Positions 58,715 to 64,000 of a DNA stretch of 64,000 bases are shown in pieces. This DNA is from Candidatus Heimdallarchaeota archaeon. GTDB taxonomy: Archaea; Asgardarchaeota; Heimdallarchaeia; Hodarchaeales; Hodarchaeaceae. The stretch spans positions 2,294,866 to 2,358,865 of the forward strand of contig CP070695.1 in NCBI GenBank assembly GCA_020353515.1, in the 5' to 3' direction. The translations under genes were made by a program, and so were the position numbers. Under the pieces are notes generated by a model. The model had not been told where the DNA came from and made no database searches. It saw only the letters and a program-made list of their open reading frames with translations. Each line of letters begins with the position of its first letter. Positions within the stretch are counted from its first letter, which is position 1.

Positions 58715-60910
58715 TTATCCAAACAATGGAACCGTGGGTTGAGCATCAACTGCAATTCTTCGTCTAAATTGAGACTCTTGGTTTTCATACCATTTTATCA
58801 TTTCTGGCGTGCAAGATGAATGAACTCTTGAAAGAGAAGCTTCAAAATGACGCCATTCCACTAAATTAGTATCTAATCCTTCCCGAAGAGCGATCATACC
58901 TGCTTCACGACAAATAGCATCAAGATCTGCGCCTACATAGTATTCTGTCTCTTTTGCTAATCGTTTTATATCAATGTCTTCTGCTAATGGCATATTTTTC
59001 GTGTGAATTTCTAAAATTTTTCTACGACTTTCTTCGTCTGGAGGGGGAATATACACAACCCGATCAAATCTTCCTGGTCTTAAGAGTGCTGGATCAATCA
59101 TATCTGGACGATTAGTTGCTGCTAGAACCACCACATCTCTTAGGGGTTCTATCCCTGCTAACTCAGTTAAAAGTTGGCTGATGACTCGTTCATTAACGCC
59201 AGAGGAATCGCCAGCTCCTCTCCGAGTAGCAACAGCATCAATTTCATCAAAGAAGATTAAAGCTGGGGAGGCTGTACGGGCTTTTCGAAAGACTTCCCTA
59301 ATGGCTTTCTCACTCTCTCCAACCCATTTTGAAAGTAGTTCAGGACCTTTAACACTAATGAAGTTGACTTGACTCTCTGTTGCTAAAGCTTTAGCTAATA
59401 AGGTTTTTCCAGTCCCTGGTGCTCCAAATAGAAGAACAGCTCTAGGAGGATTAATTCCTAAGCGTTGAAAACTATCCTTTTGTCTTAATGGCCATTCAAC
59501 AATCTCAATAAGTTCTTGTTTAATAGAATCCATCCCACCAATATTCTCCCATTTGACATTTGGTACCTCTATAAAAACCTCTCTAATTGCAGAAGGATGG
59601 ATTTCTTTCAAAGCATCCTCAAAATGTCGATCCTCTACTTTTAAATTGTCAAGAACTGCTGGTGGGATCGTGTCTTCACTCAAATTAATTTCAGGGAGGA
59701 TCTCACGAAGCTTCTTCATTGCAGCTTCACGCCCTAGAGCTGCAAGATCAGCACCCACAAATCCATGGGTTATTACTGAGAGTTTTTCTGTATCTACGTC
59801 CTCAATTCCTGGCATTCTTCTGGTGTGAATTTGAAGAATCTCTAAGCGTTCATTTTTATCTGGTACACCAATTTCAATTTCACGGTCAAAGCGGCCAGGA
59901 CGACGTAAAGCAGGGTCGACAGCATTGGGTCGATTGGTTGCTCCAATAACAATTGTTTCCCCCCGACTTTCTAATCCATCCATTAAAGCTAGAATTTGAG
60001 CAACAACACGCCGTTCAACTTCACCAGTTACGTCTTCTCGTTTTGGAGCAATGGCGTCAATTTCATCAATGAATATAATACTTGGAGCGTTATCTTCTGC
60101 TTCTTTGAATATCTCTCGCAATCTAGCTTCACTTTCCCCATAAAATTTGCTCATAATCTCTGGCCCTTGGATTGGAATGAAATGGGCCTCGGATTCATTA
60201 GCAACGGCCTTTGCGATGAGAGTTTTACCTGTCCCAGGTGGTCCGTGTAACAACACTCCTTTAGGTGGATCAATTCCTAATTTCTTAAAGAGCTCTGGAT
60301 GTTTCAAAGGGAGCTCAACCATTTCACGGATGCGTTGAATCGCGTCTGATAAACCACCTATGTCCTCGTAGCTAACTCCTGGCATTCCTGTCTCAACTTC
60401 GGAAACTGGTTTTTCAGATACATTAAGCTTCGTTGTATCAGTGATTAGTACTATATCTGTAGGAGTGGTTGAATTGACAACGAACGGTATTGATCTCCCT
60501 AAAATGGGGATGAGAACAGTATCATTTTTAGAAACTGGGTAACCTAATAATTTTCGTTTGACAAAGGCTTCAAATCCATAATCAAGGGAAATTTGACGGG
60601 TAGGAGCGATGTTAACAGTTTTTGCAACTTTTATTTGGGCTTTTCGGATACGAACGTTTTCTTCTAATGATACTTTGGCGTTTCTCCTGATTATTCCATC
60701 CATCCGTACTATTCCTGCCCCCTGATCCTCAATATAAGCAGGCCATGCAATAGCTCCCGTTTTCTGACGTCCTCGGATCTCAACAACATCGCCAGTCGTA
60801 ATTCCGATCTCACGCATGTTGATATCGTCCATTCGGATTTTCCCACGACCAACATCACGCTGCCTGGCCTCAGCTACTTTCAATACAACTTCTTTCGCCA
60901 AAGTTCTCAA
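58715..60910 (-). CDS. cdc48: Cdc48/VCP (VAT) AAA+ ATPase
   Basis: Double-psi N-domain and two AAA modules (GPPGTGKT; GAPGTGKT; RPGRFDR twice). Confidence 0.97.
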   Translation of the reverse strand: MRTLAKEVVLKVAEARQRDVGRGKIRMDDINMREIGITTGDVVEIRGRQKTGAIAWPAYIEDQGAGIVRMDGIIRRNAKVSLEENVRIRKAQIKVAKTVNIAPTRQISLDYGFEAFVKRKLLGYPVSKNDTVLIPILGRSIPFVVNSTTPTDIVLITDTTKLNVSEKPVSEVETGMPGVSYEDIGGLSDAIQRIREMVELPLKHPELFKKLGIDPPKGVLLHGPPGTGKTLIAKAVANESEAHFIPIQGPEIMSKFYGESEARLREIFKEAEDNAPSIIFIDEIDAIAPKREDVTGEVERRVVAQILALMDGLESRGETIVIGATNRPNAVDPALRRPGRFDREIEIGVPDKNERLEILQIHTRRMPGIEDVDTEKLSVITHGFVGADLAALGREAAMKKLREILPEINLSEDTIPPAVLDNLKVEDRHFEDALKEIHPSAIREVFIEVPNVKWENIGGMDSIKQELIEIVEWPLRQKDSFQRLGINPPRAVLLFGAPGTGKTLLAKALATESQVNFISVKGPELLSKWVGESEKAIREVFRKARTASPALIFFDEIDAVATRRGAGDSSGVNERVISQLLTELAGIEPLRDVVVLAATNRPDMIDPALLRPGRFDRVVYIPPPDEESRRKILEIHTKNMPLAEDIDIKRLAKETEYYVGADLDAICREAGMIALREGLDTNLVEWRHFEASLSRVHSSCTPEMIKWYENQESQFRRRIAVDAQPTVPLFG

Positions 60911-61065
60911 CTTGTTATTCCTTTCAGTATTCTAGTGTAGTTATCTTACTTCGTGTTTAAAATTAATTCTAATCAAATCCTAATAATATTTTCCTTAAGG
61001 AAGTTCGAAAATCCTTCTCTGAAATCATCACAAAAAGAGCTTTATCCGCAGAATGTAGTGTTATA

Positions 61066-61353
61066 CTAATAATCAATTATTGTTTGAAGTTCAATTTCGC
61101 AATTGTCTACTTCCTCCAAAGCTAAAAGACGATCCTCGTATTTTTGAAGGGTTTCTGTTCCTTCATCGGAGTCAGCTGTCTTCACAAAGAGTTTGATGGC
61201 ATATAATCCAAAGAAAAGGGGTTCTTCTTCCCTTTTTAAAACATCTAAATCCAAACCTTCTCTCAATTCGGTTTGGGCGCGGGAAACAATCTCTTCACGA
61301 CTAACCTCTGGAGATGTTGGGATGATTCTCAGAATTGATAAAACATTAGACAT
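61066..61353 (-). CDS. ef1b: Elongation factor 1-beta
   Basis: P.SPEV and EEPL.FGL; follows a Zn-ribbon gene as in other archaea. Confidence 0.88.
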   Translation of the reverse strand: MSNVLSILRIIPTSPEVSREEIVSRAQTELREGLDLDVLKREEEPLFFGLYAIKLFVKTADSDEGTETLQKYEDRLLALEEVDNCEIELQTIIDY

Positions 61354-61422
61354 GATTGTACCTCTATAAGTTTGTTAATGATAGAAATTCAGATTTTTTC
61401 TATTAAAATAGGTAAAATGACT

Positions 61423-61605
61423 TTAAGGTCCCGTGAATCCACAATTAGGACATGTATATCTGTTCCCTAATTTTCGACACCGCTCACAACGAATAATCGG
61501 AATCATTCCGCAGGATGGACAAGGAAAACGAGTTGTTCCATGTTGACTAGGCATGACCGCTATTTGACAAGGATTACATCTTTGCATCCGAATGTTTTCA
61601 CTCAT
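61423..61605 (-). CDS. Zn-ribbon protein (DUF1610 / HVO_2753-like)
   Basis: F.CP.CG...I.RC..CRK....Y.CP.CGF.GP. Confidence 0.92.
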   Translation of the reverse strand: MSENIRMQRCNPCQIAVMPSQHGTTRFPCPSCGMIPIIRCERCRKLGNRYTCPNCGFTGP

Positions 61606-61757
61606 TTAGAGAACCTCTGCGTCTATTTGCCTCGCCTAGATAAAATATAATAAACTCTTCTCTTTGGTTGAGCCCCCTTCCTAGTTTTTCTCGAGGTCTT
61701 TGATATTTTGGAGCTTAAAAATCTCTGAGAACATGAACTTTGTGAAAGCATATTAGA

Positions 61758-62186
61758 GTGAAAAGAATGGCAACATATGGTCATATCACTGTAGACAAAG
61801 ATGGTGAACCTTCGTCAACAGAAAAGATACAGAAGATTTTAGATGGTCTCGGCGCTGTTCAAGGGGTAGAAAAAGCTCTTCTGGTGAGTGAAGAAGGTTT
61901 TCCAATAATGTGTGCACAAACAACACCGATTTCCGAGGAAATTGAGACATTAGTATCCGCAATGGTTGCTGGAATCGTTAGCACTTTTGCTGGGGCTTGT
62001 GTTCAACTCAATTTAGGAAATAGCATAGATTACATTCATGTCCAGACCCCACTCGGTTTGGGTCTAATTTCAAGTGTAGGAAGTACTATTCTCGTACTGA
62101 TTACTAAACCTAAAGTCAAACTAGGATTAATGCACTATCTGATTACCTCAACGAGGACTAAAATGCTGAAAGTGCGAGATTTTTGA
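61758..62186 (+). CDS. Roadblock/LC7 (LAMTOR/MglB-like) domain protein
   Basis: GV..ALLVS.EGFPI, SAM.A and KLGL motifs. Confidence 0.9.
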   Translation: MKRMATYGHITVDKDGEPSSTEKIQKILDGLGAVQGVEKALLVSEEGFPIMCAQTTPISEEIETLVSAMVAGIVSTFAGACVQLNLGNSIDYIHVQTPLGLGLISSVGSTILVLITKPKVKLGLMHYLITSTRTKMLKVRDF

Positions 62187-62290
62187 GTAATAGCAGTTTT
62201 TTGCAAGATAATTTTCTGAAAGAGGGGCAATACTAACGTAAATTGGTTTTTAAGAAAAACTAATTTAATTTATATTCGCTATTATATCCG

Positions 62291-62788
62291 ATGATTCACG
62301 ATAGAAGTGAATTTGGTGAGTCTCAATTGCCCCTTAAGGAGTCTGATTTAGTACTACGTCCTTTAGATTGTAAGGTTGGAGGAATGGAACCAATATGCAT
62401 ACTTGATCCAGATCATCCATGCTGTGAGGATGTTCCTCGCAAAGAAATCATGTTTGAAGGTGGTCAAGTAATTAAACAGGGCAACTCTGCTATTGTGTCC
62501 CTTAAACTTCACTTCAATGATCCAGTTGAAGAATTTATTTTTGACAGAATTCGAAATGAATTATGGCGGGACGCAGGGTCTCGATTAAAAGTAATCCGAG
62601 AACCTGAGGAGGGATATCAAATTTCTTTCTTTCTTAATACCGAAATGGTAGCAACTGTTGAGCAACGAGAGGCTTTAATTGAGTATTGGGAGAAATTTAG
62701 TACAAATATGCGTAGAATCTTAACAGATGGGAAAATGGTCATTAATAAATATGTCCGGAGTAAAGCGGAAGCTTCTCGTCTGAGTTAA
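62291..62788 (+). CDS. ARPC4-like protein (Arp2/3 complex p20 subunit homologue)
   Basis: NS..VS....D..E...R.P.EGY.ISF...K..IN...R..AE is collinear with eukaryotic ARPC4 (recalled); similar length. Confidence 0.78.
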   Translation: MIHDRSEFGESQLPLKESDLVLRPLDCKVGGMEPICILDPDHPCCEDVPRKEIMFEGGQVIKQGNSAIVSLKLHFNDPVEEFIFDRIRNELWRDAGSRLKVIREPEEGYQISFFLNTEMVATVEQREALIEYWEKFSTNMRRILTDGKMVINKYVRSKAEASRLS

Positions 62789-62946
62789 AAGGGGAAACCA
62801 GGAAACGATTTCAGGATTTTATAGTAAACTCAGTCTTGGCTTCTTATGAAATATGTGGATGAGATTACACATGCCTTCTACTTGAATTTCTTAATTGGAT
62901 TAATACATTCTTATAAGAAAAAAAGAAAAAAAAGTAAGGTACTATA

Positions 62947-63366
62947 TTATATAGTCAAATCTAATGTTATTGTCTGATCTGTTGTTTCTCCGACGTCAAA
63001 TGTGACAGTGATTGTATAGTCTCCTGCTGCTAGACCCGTGTCAAAGGTATAATCTTTGACTTTCCCTTGACCTTTGTTAATTGAGAATGCTACAAAATCA
63101 AACACGGCTGGATTAGGTCCTATTATTGTAATATTTGTCACTGATACATCTGTCGTACCCTCATTTTTTAGTGCAATTTTTGCGGTTTCGTTGGTTAAAT
63201 TTGTTGTTGTTTCATCAAATACTAGCGTTCCGCCTGGATCTGAAATTAAAGGCAAAACTACAATGAATAAAACCGCACCTGCAGCTACAGCAAGTCCAAT
63301 CAGTAGAATTGCAGCCAGTATAGGGCTAACTGCACGTTTTTTTCGCAGTAATTTGTGGATTTTCAT
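62947..63366 (-). CDS. Archaeal type IV pilin-like protein
   Basis: Class III signal peptide KKRA|VSPILAAILLIGLAVAAG. Confidence 0.9.
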   Translation of the reverse strand: MKIHKLLRKKRAVSPILAAILLIGLAVAAGAVLFIVVLPLISDPGGTLVFDETTTNLTNETAKIALKNEGTTDVSVTNITIIGPNPAVFDFVAFSINKGQGKVKDYTFDTGLAAGDYTITVTFDVGETTDQTITLDLTI

Positions 63367-63586
63367 GATAGTTTTATCTCCATCTTTTTTATCATTTTTT
63401 AAGTCGTCTGTTATTGACTTGTAAGAACATGAATAACATATTACTTAAACTTTTCATAATATTAACATGTTATTAATTTCGTAGCATAAGTAATGTGTTT
63501 TTAATTAAACCTACCCTCCGTATCATGTAATAATTGATATTCACTAGTTTTATTTTCCATATTCATTTACTTGGGATAGATATTCT

Positions 63587-64000
63587 CTATTCTGACTGTA
63601 ATATAATAACATGTGGCCTTAATTTGTTCAGTGTTTGTTCAAGTGTCTCAACCAACACTCTGGTTTCTAATATCTCCATGAAATTCAGATCTCCTGGGTA
63701 ACGTGGAACAATGTGCCAGTGTATGTGATCGATGCTGCCTCCAGCAATGTTTCCAATATTCAAACCAATATTAAAAGCTACTGGTTGGTGTGTGTGCTTT
63801 AAAAGTTTAATCCCTCTTTGTAACAACACAGTAAGATGAAGAAGAAGATCTGGTGGTATCTCCTCAAATGCGTTGTAGTGCTCAATTGGAGCAATTAAAA
63901 GGTGACCAGGATTATAAGGAAAACGATTGAGCAATACCATAATTTGTTCATCACGAAAAACTTCCCAAGCTTCAATACCTGTCGTTTTTTGAGCAATGGC
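63587..64000 (-). CDS. HIT family hydrolase (5' end outside the window)
   Basis: LNRFPYNPGHLLI, FNIGLN and HIHWHIVPR. Confidence 0.92.
   Translation of the reverse strand, partial: AIAQKTTGIEAWEVFRDEQIMVLLNRFPYNPGHLLIAPIEHYNAFEEIPPDLLLHLTVLLQRGIKLLKHTHQPVAFNIGLNIGNIAGGSIDHIHWHIVPRYPGDLNFMEILETRVLVETLEQTLNKLRPHVIILQSE

Noticed and set aside
1511-63424. Numerous 60-156 aa ORFs antisense to or nested in well-supported genes or tRNAs (e.g. 20952, 25518, 32950, 53770, 55291, 63074)
   Set aside because: Shadow frames of real genes with no independent coding signal.
1-64000. CRISPR arrays, rRNA genes, IS elements, integrases, defence systems
   Set aside because: No regularly spaced repeats, rRNA signature sequences or transposase/recombinase motifs were seen.

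Overview
Low-GC (roughly 35% by eye) archaeal chromosome segment, almost certainly from an Asgard archaeon and probably Heimdallarchaeia/Hodarchaeales. The assignment is an inference from an ARPC4-like gene, eL22, a Roadblock protein and a Urm1-like protein sitting among archaeal core genes. Contents in order: acetyl-CoA synthetase and an OFA-type MFS carrier; a 7-gene MoxR/vWA(DUF58)/DUF4350/DUF4129 cluster led by a 1740-aa Ig-repeat surface protein; cofE, argF, an S2P protease, coaD, dnaG, a histone, uL16, pth2, pelota, HDAC, divergent hypA/hypB, ftsZ and lonB; five tRNAs, four of which carry introns (three of them at non-canonical sites); a small insertion flanked by a duplicated gene end; a decaying accessory patch (~43.5-48.1 kb); and the proteasome-exosome superoperon, cdc48, EF-1beta, Roadblock + ARPC4-like, a pilin and a HIT protein. 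Highlights not explained by the ORF track: three box C/D guide sRNAs and a ~280-nt multi-domain H/ACA-like RNA whose first pocket matches the 23S rRNA peptidyl-transferase loop. Other highlights: a yeast/animal-type ornithine carbamoyltransferase, an ARPC4 homologue paired with a Roadblock gene, a Urm1-like protein with a C-terminal propeptide, and an FtsZ with a predicted membrane-targeting tail. No CRISPR array, rRNA, transposase or integrase was seen. All family calls come from motif recognition, not database searches.
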